DNA of 62,843 nt, filler included, from Perkinsus olseni (Eukaryota), in the NCBI GenBank assembly GCA_013115125.1. It is 35 parts of 35 records of this genome, joined end to end, with 100 filler letters (N's around TTAATTAATTAA, not from the genome) between each part and the next. Parts side by side here need not be neighbours in the genome. Positions count along the whole stretch, not along the records: positions 34,614 to 36,313 come from JABANN010001781.1; positions 36,414 to 38,108 come from JABANN010001782.1; positions 38,209 to 39,902 come from JABANN010001783.1; positions 40,003 to 41,689 come from JABANN010001784.1; positions 41,790 to 43,465 come from JABANN010001786.1; positions 43,566 to 45,241 come from JABANN010001787.1; positions 45,342 to 47,010 come from JABANN010001788.1; positions 47,111 to 48,777 come from JABANN010001789.1; 27 more parts are not named here. The stretch is one strand, 5' to 3'. A program made the translations under genes and the position numbers. How positions within the stretch are numbered: position 1 is the stretch's first letter; the number at the start of each line of letters is the position of its first letter. Under the pieces are notes generated by a model. It saw only the letters and a list, made by a program, of their open reading frames with translations. It made no database searches and was not told the DNA's origin. Of the stretch, positions 34,514 to 47,215 are shown one piece after another.

Positions 34514-36141
34514 NNNNNNNNNNNNNNNNNNNNNNNNNNNNNNNNNNNNNNNNNNNNTTAATTAATTAANNNNNNNNNNNNNNNNNNNNNNNNNNNNNNN
34601 NNNNNNNNNNNNNAAGATCGATCTTCAAAATCAATCCTCAAGATCGATCCTGGGACTGGTTTATAGGTCTTTTACTGAACAGCCCGGCTAAGTCCAGAAT
34701 AGATCATCTCAATTCTTGCATCGCTCCGCTCATCTTCGGTGAGAAACCGCTCCTTATGCTCCTTGGGGTGTACCTTAAAGGAAGGAATTCCTTACGATCC
34801 TTAAAATTGAAAAGTTATGAGGAGTTGCTGCTTAAGGAAGGATCGTTAAGGACTCCTTCCTTCAAGGTACGCCTTGAGGAAGGACTCCTAAGTTATAGGG
34901 CCAGAGAAAGAGACGTGCCATCTCGCGACAGCGGCACTGCCCCTGAGTTTGAAACACAGAGTTTCAGTAACTCATCCCGATTGCCGAAGAGCCTTGTATC
35001 GTGTTCGCTCAACTATTTCAACTGAATAGAATGTCTGCATACGAAGCAGATGGCTAAAGAATCTTTAGTAAAGATACAAATCCTCCATCAGGCAGGCATT
35101 TATACCGCGCAGACGTTGCAACGTTCCACGGTACAATGAGGAGGTGCCATTGACCACACTTGAGGGATTCGAGTTTCCTACCGTCGTGTTTCAAAATGTT
35201 TTTACGCAAGAGCCAAGGTTAGTTGCGGGTGCCGCAATAATGATTCCTTACCGCGCACAGCGGAAGATTCTTGGTGATCGACATCTTTGCGATCAGGAAT
35301 CGGCCAGCGTGTGTAACCAGTGTATACCTCTTATGAGGCTCCGTACTGTTGCTCGTGTCTCCTTGGGCTTCCCTCGTAAGTACTACTTAGGCAGTAACTA
35401 CTTACTAAGAAGTTACTGCCTCGGCCTGTGGATGTGAACTTTATTTTCAACCCATCCACCTCCCACGCCACGGTGGAATTGATGCGCGGGTCAGCGTTCA
35501 GCTACGCGGCTCGTCATCATCTGGCAGTACTCGCTCTTACACCTCACCACAGCTCGCGGTACTAGATGCCGGTCTGCGGCTTCCGTCCAGAATCTGGACT
35601 CCAGATCGTCTCTGATGCCAGGTTGACTGGCCGCGGGCTGCGTGCTGCACGCTGCGTCACGCTGCGTGACGCAGCGTGCAAACCATCTCGTGCTGCTGCT
35701 GTCTCCACCCCATTGTCCCAACGCGACAATCCCTCCCTTTGGCAGAGAGTGACCACTCTACCACAGGGCAGTTCGCATCGGGCCTGCCAAATCTTCTCGG
35801 CTTTATCCACCGATCGAACCGCACCCACACCCCTTGATGAAGAAAGAAAAAATAATCGCAGATGAGCGGCCTGCCGACGAGTACAATGCAGTACAACGGT
35901 GCCCACAACCGTATCATCATCATCATTACGATGATGTTAATTACATGATGACATCATACATGTCACACGTGGATGTGCGACTTCCCCAGGTAAACTATAG
36001 ACAGCCGCCAGAGCCAAAATCTATGGCAACCTGTAGTGCGGGTCGGTGCTGAGCGCCCCTTCAAATGGTAGAGGGGGAGGAGCAGTGGGTTCCCTCGCCG
36101 GTTGCCTCTTTAAAGAGTTAGCGGGCTCAACTCTATGAGCC

Positions 36142-36213
36142 GACACTTTGACGCATTGGAAGCATGTCCGGTTCCGGAGCCGGAGGTTGCGGGGTCAAGT
36201 CCCGCAAGGGTTG
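36142..36213 (+). pseudogene. tRNA-Arg(CCG)-like pseudogene or SINE head
   Basis: Cloverleaf-like: acceptor gacactt/aagggtt, D-loop TGGAA, CCG loop in a ccgg/ccgg stem, T-arm gcggg-GTCAAGT-cccgc with T54 mutated. Confidence 0.55.
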
Positions 36214-36890
36214 GACAGGATTGTTTCGTCTAAGTCTCTTATCAGATTGAAACGTTCCTTAATAACGAGCAATACATGAATTAGTCATCACGTCTTCCTG
36301 CTCTAAGGCTTCGNNNNNNNNNNNNNNNNNNNNNNNNNNNNNNNNNNNNNNNNNNNNTTAATTAATTAANNNNNNNNNNNNNNNNNNNNNNNNNNNNNNN
36401 NNNNNNNNNNNNNGCCTTAGTATTGTGCAGGGTTCGTGCCCTGCGCGCTTACCCTTGTAATCGCTATCGTCTGACCACTTGTAGTTTGCCCTTCGATTTT
36501 TGCGCCACCATTCGATCGCGCTACGCTCAAGCGCGTGTTGCATAGCGTTGAACTACTCGACAAGTGAACTCTTTGTTTGATTCTTCCCACTTGGCTGCCC
36601 TTCCGCGAAGGTTTGCCCTTGTTGTGAAGCTCGACTACGCTATCCACCGAAGCACTGCTACTAGTTGCGTTGCCCAGTGACAGGCACAACAATTGGTGCA
36701 ACGGTTCGCTCCGCTCAAGCTATGTACTTGCGGGCCCTAAGCTTGGGTTTACCCCGAATTGTAGACTTTTTAGACTTTGCATCCGGTTTGCGATCCGAGC
36801 CTCCTTGACTCGAGGTTCGTTTGTCTTCCGCTATATCTACTACCTTCAAATTCTCCAACGGTTCATGCTGCGCAACTAGTTCGAGTTGTA

Positions 36891-36910
36891 CGGCGACATT
36901 TTGGTAGCAG
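36891..36910 (+). promoter_or_regulatory. 5' LTR end (..GACA) and a tRNA-iMet-type primer binding site TGGTAGCAG
   Basis: CA + TTT + TGGTAGCAG, about 40 nt upstream of the gag ATG at 36950. Confidence 0.6.
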
Positions 36911-36949
36911 CTCCTTGTCCAACCTAAAGGCATACTACTCTCTGACGTT

Positions 36950-38108
36950 ATGATCCCCGCTGAAGAGGCCGATCCTGTTGCTCCTCGTTCTCATGATGAT
37001 CAACGCGAAGGTGATCCCTCTCCCTCGGTGATCGAGCCTCCGCCTACGGCTCCTCAAGGTCAAGCGCGGCCGCCTTCCGGGGACCCACCGGTCCCCGAGG
37101 GGAATGTGCCCGGCCCCGCTAACAACGTGCCGGTTCCTGGTCCTGCCCGGTTGACACTCCCGCTTCAGCTGCCCGAGAAGTTCTCTAACGGTCCTCAGCA
37201 ACAAGTTCGCGACTGGTTCGACAGCTTTGACATCTCCGCCGCCGCCGTTAACTGGACCGTTCAGATGAAGGCGTCTTACTTGGGATGTATAACGACTCGT
37301 ACACCGAAAACTCGTACACAATCACTTTGTACACGGCTCGTACACTGGATACTCGTTCACTCATTGGATTCAGACAACGTCATTTCGTACACTTGAAACT
37401 CGTACACGTAATACTCGTACATGTAATAAGTCGTGCACATAAAGTTCTTACACGTAAAACTCGTACACTGTCAACTCGTACACGAGCACGAGTCGTACAC
37501 TATGCTATGCTGTGAGCAAAATTCTAATAGCGGATGTGATATAAAGGTCAAGGTAACAGACTCTCAGGCGGGAGGCAACGGGTTCGATCCTACGAGAAGG
37601 AAGAGAATATATTGTGTTAGGCAACGGGAAAATTTTTTAGGCAAGTCGGGGAACGGCTCCGCGGAGATTCTCCGCCGGAGAGTACGAAATGACTGTGTAC
37701 GAGTTGAAACTGGGGTTGTGTACGAAGTGAGAGTGTACGAAATTCCGCGTACGAGTTGCAAGCGTACGAATATTGTGTGTACGAGCACTATGTGTACGAC
37801 TTCTATATGTACTAGTACGAGCACCCCGCTCTGCGGACTTTCGGGCAACCGCATTGCCTCTGATATCTCGATGTCACTTCCATTTTGTGCTATGATTGAT
37901 ACTGGTGCTCGTATGACTGTTAGTAGAAAAGCTTTTGCCGCCGGTACTCCGAATATACCTGTACACTTTACGGCCACTACGGCCACGCCATCTGTAGCAT
38001 TTCCGATTATTGGTTCGGCTCGTGGAACGCTCTTCCTTTACGATTCCCCTAAGGCCGTTCCAGTAGCTGAGTTGCCGTTCGCTACTGCCGACCATCCGTC
38101 TACATTTG
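36950..38108 (+). pseudogene. Ty3/Gypsy gag N-terminus and protease, interrupted by an insertion
   Basis: PEKFSNG...VRDWFDSF...A.NW...K..YL before the insertion; AMIDTGA after it. Confidence 0.75.
37282..37826. mobile_element. Non-autonomous foldback/Mutator-type element with modular inverted subterminal repeats
   Basis: More than ten CTCGTACAC-like units on the left and several GTGTACGAG-like units on the right around a unique core; termini GGGATG...CACCC. Confidence 0.75.
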
Positions 38109-38208
38109 NNNNNNNNNNNNNNNNNNNNNNNNNNNNNNNNNNNNNNNNNNNNTTAATTAATTAANNNNNNNNNNNNNNNNNNNNNNNNNNNNNNNNNNNN
38201 NNNNNNNN

Positions 38209-39404
38209 CTGTCCCTGCGGATAGTTCGACTACGCTGCCTCCTGAAGCCCCAACTGTCACTATCGATATGTCGTTGGATCCCGAGGAGCACTTCAAGCCT
38301 GCTGTGAGAGCTGTTCTGGATAGACACTCCTACGAGGAGTCTTTCGGGCCTCTCTTCCGCGGATTTAATGGCACTCTCTTCGATGCTCTCGAGTTGAACG
38401 ACTCTGATTACCAGAAGTTAGCCGACGCTGCGAGCAAATACTATCCGGAACAGTTCAAGGAATTGACAGGTATCTCTGACGAGTTCGCTGCTTATGGTCA
38501 TGACGTAAGCGTGCAGTATCTCTCGGCCTGGTTCTACGTCGCTGAGTTGGAGGCTGTTCTCTTCCCTGTACACCCGACTGCGGCTGGTGATGATGGTGCC
38601 TGGTGCACAGCTGCAATGGTTGCTGATGCTGATGGGACTGTGATACACGGACGAGACTTGGACCATCCTCAAGACTACGCACCATACGCAAAAGCGGTAA
38701 CTCTGAACTTGAACATCATCAACGTTCCTCATGAGGGTGTCCCGGACTATCAAGCGGCCGGATTGGCCTGGTTGGCGGCGTCTACAGTGACTGCTGAGGT
38801 CCCTGGCCACTTGTCCATGCAGACCAATAGTCGTTACTATCCGAGCTATAAGACGTGGCCCACCAAGAAGAGCATGTTCGATTACATTCAAGAGGGGAGG
38901 TTGCCTGTCGCACAGACGTACAGAGAGATGATCGAGCGTCGTGGAGTGATTGACTTTGATGAGGCTGTCGACTTCACTAGCAACCATCTGCCTCTCTCGT
39001 GCCCGATTTACTTCGCTATGGTTGGTGCAGGATCTAACTTCAAAGCGGCTGTTATCAGTCGAGATGAAGACGGACTCGCTGTTTACGCTAATGGCACTAG
39101 GACTGAGCCCTTGTATTTGGACAACCAAGGCGGTGAAGCCAATGATTGGTATTTGGTGCAGACTAACTATGATCCTTGGGAGGAAGATTCGCCATCTGAT
39201 CCAAGAAGGACTGTGGCTGAGAACTGCATCAAAGAGCACGGAAAGACTGCTGATGTTGCCTCCACCACTGATGTTGTTATGGACTGCGTTTTCAAGGACG
39301 GTGTATCAACTCCTAATACCATCTACACTGCCATCATGGACCCTACTGATTCTCAAATTACTACGTATGTAAGATACGACATAACAACCACTGATGACGC
39401 ATGA
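38209..39404 (+). CDS. Acid ceramidase / N-acylethanolamine acid amidase-like Ntn hydrolase, 5'-truncated
   Basis: P..TIDMSLDPEE, nucleophile CT, HGRDLD, LVQTNYD.W, DPRR, TIYTAIMDP. Confidence 0.88.
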
Positions 39405-40002
39405 GCCGCTACTGCTTATACCAATCTGCAGATAAAGCAGATCTAATTTTGATAGTGATTCACTCTCAGTAATAATTGGCGGATAGTATCGCCAAATTAC
39501 TATTTAACTGCTTCATTTCTCTCACTCTTGTTTTTCTTCTGCATGATGATCGATCTCGTCTTACTCTGACAGTCGTCGTACTATCGAAGACATTCATTGA
39601 GATACACTCAGGTATTCTTAAATACACACTCCCGGTTCCAAGCATTCTCGCTTCAACTTATCAAGGCAAGCGTTGTGTCGGAGTGATGAGTGTGGTATAG
39701 TTGGATCTGGAGTTCATAATACTGCTGCTCCCAAAGCTGGCAGGCAGTCGACCTAGCGGAAGCCAAAGGAGTTAGCTGTCCTGAATCTACGTGGTCATCA
39801 TCCACCCGAGTTGCCGTCCGAGTTGCTGTGTGATAACCGCTGTACATGGGTATTATGAATAGGCACGGCACGGCCCGTACTTTTGTGATCTACAACAAGA
39901 TCNNNNNNNNNNNNNNNNNNNNNNNNNNNNNNNNNNNNNNNNNNNNTTAATTAATTAANNNNNNNNNNNNNNNNNNNNNNNNNNNNNNNNNNNNNNNNNN
40001 NN

Positions 40003-41689
40003 TGTGTGGTATGCTAAGATTCAATTTGTTACGAAAATGTTCTATGATACCTATGGGAAATGTAAGTCTTCGTTGTTCTATTATCTCTGTTTTATGCACT
40101 TGCTCTGCGGAGCTCGGTTGAAGTTGTTAAACGTGCTGTTTTAACGACCAAGTTCTGTTCTCTGGAAACGTGTAATCACGTGAGTTGTCGGAGAAATCTA
40201 ACTCTATGTAAGTTACTCGTCTCGGTTTCCACAAAACCGGTTAATATGCTTTTCCGTTCTGAGCATCTTTATGTTGTGTTCGTGAGGATAGTCCATCATG
40301 ATGCCGCATTGCGATTCACGAGGTCTCGTGGTTTGCTGGCAGGTAGGAAAGCTGCAGAGGCTGTGTAAGGTCAGCAGGTTGTGGTCGTCTACTGTGACTG
40401 CGCTCACGTTGTATATGAGTGAGTGGGCACTCTTATGTGAGAGAAAACACTCCTCAACGAAGAGGCCGTGTGTGTGAGGTGAGAAGGTCAACGCCGACAG
40501 TACGGCTTAGTTAGAGTAGCATCGATGTGCCATTTGAGAGGGATTGGTTCAGCCCGTTAAATAGGCTCTGTCCATCCAGCCGAAGAATGTTGCTCTCCCT
40601 CTCACTGGAGACATTGAAGGCAATGTCATTCTTATTGGCTGAGATACGTGATGCTAACGTCATTCTCTCGTATTACGCATCTGTCTCTGAACAGGCTGTG
40701 TTTAGCGGTTGACTCGGAGAATCTCTGAATGGATTACGGAACCGCCTTCTACGTGTGAATGGCAATGCCATAATCGATCTGAGTTCAGAATTATGTTATC
40801 GAGGAAAGGGATTCACGCAATCTTAGTGTCCCGCTTAAGTAAGAGAACTGAGCTTCAGCACTGCGAGTCCAGAAACGGGTTGCTCATCGTGAATTAGGAC
40901 ACTGACTGTCGGATCGTGAGTCAGAGTTCGAGATCAGAGCATCCGCAGTCGGCCCCAGGCAGAATAATGCCTCCCCGAGGTAGTGCCGTTCCACCACTGG
41001 AATTCCGACATCCTCAAACTGCGGGGCCGAATCAGAGAAACCCCAGGGGAAACTCCCCCACCGATCGATATGAGGTAGATATCAGATGGTTCATCAAAAC
41101 GCTGCCATAAAGAAGTCCATTCACACGGAGTCCGTTCAGGTTTCCTTTCTTCCTAGCAGAATCTGCTCACGCATCCGCGGAATACGAAATGGTGGTTTTT
41201 CAGTGGGAAACTCGCAGGATTTGACGTCAAGGCATGGGACAAGTTATATCGGTCACAGATGTCTACTTTCAAGGCGCTAATGAATAGCTCAGCAATAGTT
41301 ATCAAGCATGTACTGTTGAAATAAATCATAATCCTTCCTATCAGAGAACAGCCAAGCTCACGGATAAACCATAAATTAACGTGAGCCTAGACATCCACTT
41401 TGCCCCTACCAACACAACATGAAGATCTTAAGAACGGAAAAGCATATTAACCGGTTTTGTGGAAACCGAGACCAGTAACTTACATAGAGTTAGATTTCTC
41501 CGACAACTCACGTGATTACACGTTTACAGAGAACAGAACTTGGTCGTTAAAACAGCACGTTTAACAACATAAACCGAGCTCCGCAGAGCAAGTGCATAAA
41601 ACAGAGATAATAGAACAACGAAGACTTACATTATTCGTAGTTATCATAGCAACATTCTCGTAACAAAATCAACCGTAACATGCCACACG
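40003..41689. mobile_element. Element with at least ~277-bp inverted repeats (40003-40280 / 41411-41689) around a decayed 1.1-kb core
   Basis: The two contig ends are near-perfect reverse complements over about 200 bp and more divergent toward the outer ends. Confidence 0.85.
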
Positions 41690-42799
41690 NNNNNNNNNNN
41701 NNNNNNNNNNNNNNNNNNNNNNNNNNNNNNNNNTTAATTAATTAANNNNNNNNNNNNNNNNNNNNNNNNNNNNNNNNNNNNNNNNNNNNTGATAGCTAAT
41801 AGCAGCTAGCAAGACGCCATCAGCCGCAGCGATGGAGACGAGACGCGTCACGTCACGTGACGTACGGGAGCTAGGCGTGCGCACATAGCCGTGGCGTGCG
41901 CGCATACACATCTCACAACACTAGTTGATGGGCAGTCGTCAGTGTTGACAGCACTGTCGCTGATGTCAAAGAAGGCCATACATTCTCTGATAGAATCTTG
42001 AGCAGAGTCCTCGTTCTCCGTGTCGGCGAATGCAGGACGGAGATACGATGCAGCGACGCAGGCATGGTAAAGAATGCCCGAGTCCGTCTCGATCAAGAAA
42101 AATTGAAATAATTGTTCACGCTCTCATGCACACGGTCCTTGATCCGGCATAACTGCGAGCGCCCACCTGCACTGCTGCACTTTTGGAACAATGTACGAAT
42201 GCACTTCTGGTATGAAATGGCAGAGAACTGACGCCAAGTTCTGCAGAGACTCGAAATTGGCAACAGTGACCGCGAATTTGCGGAAATGCTCTTGCAAGCC
42301 TGGTCAGTCGTGGAACCGGACGAGCTGGGGTCGGTGAATGTCTACCACCGAGTGAAGTCCACCGGTGGACCTCCGCCGTACGAGGGAAGAGGAAGGTAGA
42401 CGACGAACCGCGGCTGCATGGCTCTCATTAATCTTTCGTACTAATTCTTGTACTTAATTTGGCCATTCAATATGGATCCACGCTGCACTGAGTATAACTG
42501 TGACAGTTGGAGTGTCGCGCTGCTAAACACTGATGGCTCATCAGTGATGAGAACAACTCAGCCCCCTCCCACTCAACACGACAGGCTAGTCGTGCCTGAT
42601 ATTAGGCTCGCGAGAATCCAGGCCTTCCGGCCGTGATTGATGTGAAGTTATGATGAGATTTTTCTGACGGAGCGGAATAAACAGCAACAAAGCTCTCCTC
42701 AGCTCATTATCCGAATTAAACACTCATGGACGAAGATCCAATGTCATTGGATCAATGATCACCAACTCTGGAGACACTCGGTGGGCTACTCTCGGTTGC

Positions 42800-43410
42800 C
42801 CGCCAGTCATGCGATTCCAACCCGGCGTTGGTCAGGTTGGAATTCGAAATAGTTCCCAATAAGCATACGATCAGGGAACGTCCAAGAATTATCATCTTCC
42901 TCCCTGATAATGAAGTGACAGTAACCCTCGTCGTTCCTGGCATAGTTCATATAGTTCATCGTCAATGGGACAGTTCCCTTAGTGCTCAATCCAAAAGCCA
43001 GTGGGGGCATGATGGTCAGGTATTGGTAAGGGAAAGTTCACACGTCACGGTATCGGAACTGTCGTGCCTGCAGCCATATTCGCCTGAGCTTTGATATCCT
43101 CTATGATTTTGTCGTAGTAGAGCTGCGAGACGTACAAAAAATTGGTACCGGTATCGAGGAGGAGGTCCTCGTTGATGCCGATAGTTATATGCGCACCACC
43201 CACTTGTAGAGCACCAAGTTTGACCTTATACACACCATCACCAGTGAACAGCTCGGAAAAATAGAGTGGGGAAATATAAAGACTACCATACGTTTTAGCC
43301 TCGCCTCCTCCTAGAAGCAGAGCACCGTCAATGAAGGGCAGGCTGGAAGGGAAGAGGTAAAGAGCAAAGATAATGCTCCCGATAGCCAGGGTGCTCCAAA
43401 ATGGCAGCAA
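42800..43410 (-). pseudogene. Pepsin-family (A1) aspartic protease, C-terminal lobe, frameshifted
   Basis: GALLLGG, LLLDTGTNFLYV, YFEFQPDQRRVGIA; frame change and stop near 43045. Confidence 0.75.
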
Positions 43411-44013
43411 TTCTATTTTCCCAATCTTTCCTGCGGAAAATTTCCTGCCGCAACAAAATGGTGGANNNNNNNNNNNNNNNNNNNNNNNNNNNNNNNNNNN
43501 NNNNNNNNNTTAATTAATTAANNNNNNNNNNNNNNNNNNNNNNNNNNNNNNNNNNNNNNNNNNNNGGTACGGATATCCGAGCGCCGTGTCCACGCAGGCT
43601 CATGAGTTTGACGTAAATCTCTCGCCTCGTGACCGTCCACCAACCACTACCTGTTACATACATAGTTTGGAAGTTTACATGATTTACCAATACGCGCCAG
43701 TCACCAAGGTCGCGTTTGAAACTTGTTGTCCTTCTGTGCTGAAACGTTCATGTTGTCGTGTCCTACTCGAGTTGTGCTTGTCACCAGCCGGTGCGGACAA
43801 ACCACTGATAACCTACCGGGCGTGTGGCACATCCTAATCTTTCTTACCACAAGTTGTGACACTGCTCGCTTCATCATGTCAGTTGTGATCTTAGTGCATC
43901 TCAACTGCACGACGTGAATTCACTGACTACCTTAGTGGCCTTACTGTATTATAATAGCTATAAAAATGAGAGAATCGTAAGTCAAAAGTAATGTTCACAC
44001 GGTCAAATATTTA

Positions 44014-44088
44014 GCCCTCACGGTAGACTGCTGGTTCGTACGGTGGGTTCGCACTCGGGTGACCCAGGTTCAACTCGCAGGTGAGGTA
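44014..44088 (+). mobile_element. Degenerate tRNA-derived (Asp/Glu-like) SINE head
   Basis: A-box-like ..TGGTT, B-box GGTTCAACTC, acceptor cctcac/gtgagg; anticodon arm does not pair. Confidence 0.45.
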
Positions 44089-45341
44089 TATAATTATGTT
44101 ATCGCGAAACACTGACTAAGCTGTGCAGAACTCATAATACACAGTGTTAGCCTTGAAGTAGTTAATAGTACAGTGGCCATGTCGCAGGTTTAAACTGTAG
44201 CAGGTCCTTGCGGGAATCCCAAGCTAGTGCGGTGCATGGTCACTCCCAGCACCGCAGGTTCAACTCTCCCCACGACCACACTGAGTAACTCGCGACAGCG
44301 CAACCGAAGCACGGCACAGTACCATGGACTTTACAGTGAGTAGCGTGACCCCAGCACACAGCGCGACAGCACCACGAAGCCTGGTACAGTACCCGTAGCG
44401 CAACCAACTCAGAACAGGACCCCACAGCACAGCACAGACCGGCTCGAGAGCGAGCCGGAAACAGCCCTCCCAGTGGACCACGCCGAAGGCACACTAGCAT
44501 GACCGGCCCGCGGGACGGTCGTTCAGGCAGCGCACCGCTAGGTTTTAGCATGTATCGATCTACTCTTTCAACCCATTGGTGTCGTCTCTAGCTGCAGTGT
44601 ATCTTAACTGCGGTTGAGATGGCAACTGCTGGTCGATTGACTCACATCGGCTGCTGCTTCTCAGTGATGCAGGAAATTTTCGCCCGTACGTCAGATCTTC
44701 GCTTGATTCAGTGTGTGGCATACTCGTATTCACATGCTTTTAGCGAGCCGCTCGAGAGAAGCGCGCCTCTACGACTCGATGACTACGAGCGCAGGCATCG
44801 CGCTAGCCTCGGGCCACCACTCGCAAGTCTGGAACCCGGAAGTCCTGCATTCCAGCTTTGATAATCATCAACTTTAATATTATACCGACCGGGCTCGATG
44901 TCGCGGTGAGTCTCCAGCTGCCTCCCATGAGCTAAATACCACCACCTTCCGGTCGCTTTCGGCTTGGGCGTACTCCTCTAGCCTCTCATGCCCAAGTTGG
45001 TCAGCCCTACTCCATCTGAGTTTCCTGACCTGAAATTCCCGTCGATGAATGCAAAGAGAATACTTGGGTTGATCCTGGCTTTTTCGATCAAGAGCTGGGG
45101 GCTTGCACACTGAACCGAACTACCTACGGTTAAATGATATGATGGTCCGAGCATCCGGTATGTGGTATACTTAGCCCTTATCTCCTTAACAGCAGCTGTT
45201 TAACAGCGGACAGTGAGGTTCCTTGTCAGCTCCCGTCTTTCNNNNNNNNNNNNNNNNNNNNNNNNNNNNNNNNNNNNNNNNNNNNTTAATTAATTAANNN
45301 NNNNNNNNNNNNNNNNNNNNNNNNNNNNNNNNNNNNNNNNN

Positions 45342-47010
45342 ATTGTGTGCCCAAACAATCACACCCGTTCACGCCAGGTGCTTGATCTGGAGGACTCGAC
45401 CTTGGAGAACCTTTTGCCCAAGACACGGAGTGGCGGAATGGCGACGCGATCTTCGGGAAGGTCGAAGATCTCACCGAGGTTGGGGATGCAGTTGAATACA
45501 GCCTTGGAGTAGGACGAAAACTCGTTCGCATCACCGGGGACCTCAAAGACTTTGAAGATGATGGCGCCATAGCTGTAGTGGTTGGCGTCTACCATAGCGA
45601 GAGTGCCGTCGTTACTCCGTCGTTACCAAGGAAACATGGTAGAGTGCCAGCCAGATAGGCACGGAGTAGGAGTTTAAAGGCATCCGAGATAGCTGTGGTG
45701 AGTGTCTCGAGGAACTCCGTGGTTGTAGAGTCATCCTGGTAGTGCTTGATGGCTTGGTTCAACACTTGGAGAGCACTGATGGCGTTGGGGAGAAGGTGCC
45801 CCGAGAGAAAGTTGAAGACCCCGGTCCAGCTCCTCAGCCACGAGAGACTATTTTGACGGAGTGCTTCAGTGGTCTGCTTGGGACGTCGATGATCTCGTCG
45901 CTTGGAAGGGGCCTTGCCGTTGAGGAAATCGTTGAAGGCAGTGTTGAAGGTAGCTTCAGTGATTTCTCGCTTGTCAGGTAGGGGTCGGTTGGTTTGGCCG
46001 TGTAGCAGTGGGCCACAGAATGTCGTCGATCTCGCCGGTGGCTGGAACTTCTGCGGGTTGATGATGAAGCCGTGGTCGACGATAACGTCGGTGAGCACCT
46101 TTAATGCCTTCTCACCGTCAAGGACGGTGTGTGAAGAGACCAGAATGTCATCTTGCACGTGGAGGACAGTGGCAGCAATACCCTCGGCGGCCAGCTTGGG
46201 GAAGATGGTAGTGTCGAGTAAGGTAGTAAGACCTACTTGAAACGCCAGTGATGACCATCGCCAGCGTTGGGGTAGGGAGGTAAGCGCCCAGCGGACAGAG
46301 ATTCCGGTGCGTGGGCAGATGGATGTAGTGCCAAAGAGCTTCTGTAGAGGGTAGTCGACCGCTATTAAGCCGAAGGCATCACGAAGGTCTAACTTGAACC
46401 AAAAGCCGAGATTGGCAGATGGAACACCCTTCAACAAGTTGTTGGCTGTCCGTTGGTGTTGCTTGTAGGAGAACTCATCACGCTGCTTACTGTCCTTGAG
46501 GATCTCACCGCCAGGCACGAACATGAAGTTGCCGGAGTCATCAAAGGTCAACTGCAATGAGTTGAGGGGTCTGGTGTCGATAACCAGGCGATACCGAGAG
46601 GAGAGTTCGGTATCACTAACAGGGACCGTTCTCAGTTGACTCTTTCCATCAGCACGGTCGAGCTTGTCGATTAGTATGGGCTTGCAGACGATGGGAAGGT
46701 CAGAGTCTTAGACTCGACGAACCTTGCAGTGCGCTTCCATAGCGCAAAGCTTCTGGTGGCTGATCTCACCATCCACTCGTGTGCGCTTGCGCTGGGCAGT
46801 GCGGTATGGCCAGACAGTAACATTGCCAACGGGGTCGATGTCACAGCGAAGCCGTTTGATAGGGCCGTCCTGGACTATGGAGATAAGCGGCTGGACATCA
46901 GTAGAGGCACGATGACAAGTGGCTGCCGGCTCGGCACAGGGTGTCAAGAGACCTTGAATGGTAGAGTCAGTGGTGGCATACGCAGTGGAGGGCATAGAGT
47001 CCTCGGTCGA
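45342..47010 (-). pseudogene. Divergent RT (VQDD) + RNase H with an in-frame stop at 46708-46710 and a frameshift near 45595
   Basis: YRLVIDTRPLN, KLDLRDAF, LPQRWRWS, HVQDDILV, FCG, then VDAN..YGA. Confidence 0.8.
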
Positions 47011-47215
47011 NNNNNNNNNNNNNNNNNNNNNNNNNNNNNNNNNNNNNNNNNNNNTTAATTAATTAANNNNNNNNNNNNNNNNNNNNNNNNNNNNNNNNNN
47101 NNNNNNNNNNGAAATGTACGGCATATTATTGATCTTTTCGGTCAGTTGATGATAATCTTGTGTTTTTCTTGGATTTCTCGCTGTTCCTTTTCAGAATTGA
47201 CGCTCACTTTACTCG

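Noticed and set aside
37290-37820. CRISPR-like repeat-spacer appearance of the CTCGTACAC arrays
   Set aside because: Repeats are only about 9 bp with 6-8 bp spacers, the arms are inverted, there are no cas genes, and the host is eukaryotic.
38418-39239. Long antisense ORFs (also 33216-33821 and 24554-25222)
   Set aside because: Explained by codon bias of the sense-strand genes; no motifs.
43388-43410. GCCATTTTGG on the minus strand, resembling an SL relic
   Set aside because: Only a 10-nt core match with mismatched flanks, which is compatible with chance.
44240-44500. Degenerate CACAG-rich tandem repeats with Cys-rich ORFs
   Set aside because: Low-complexity minisatellite decay with no coding evidence.
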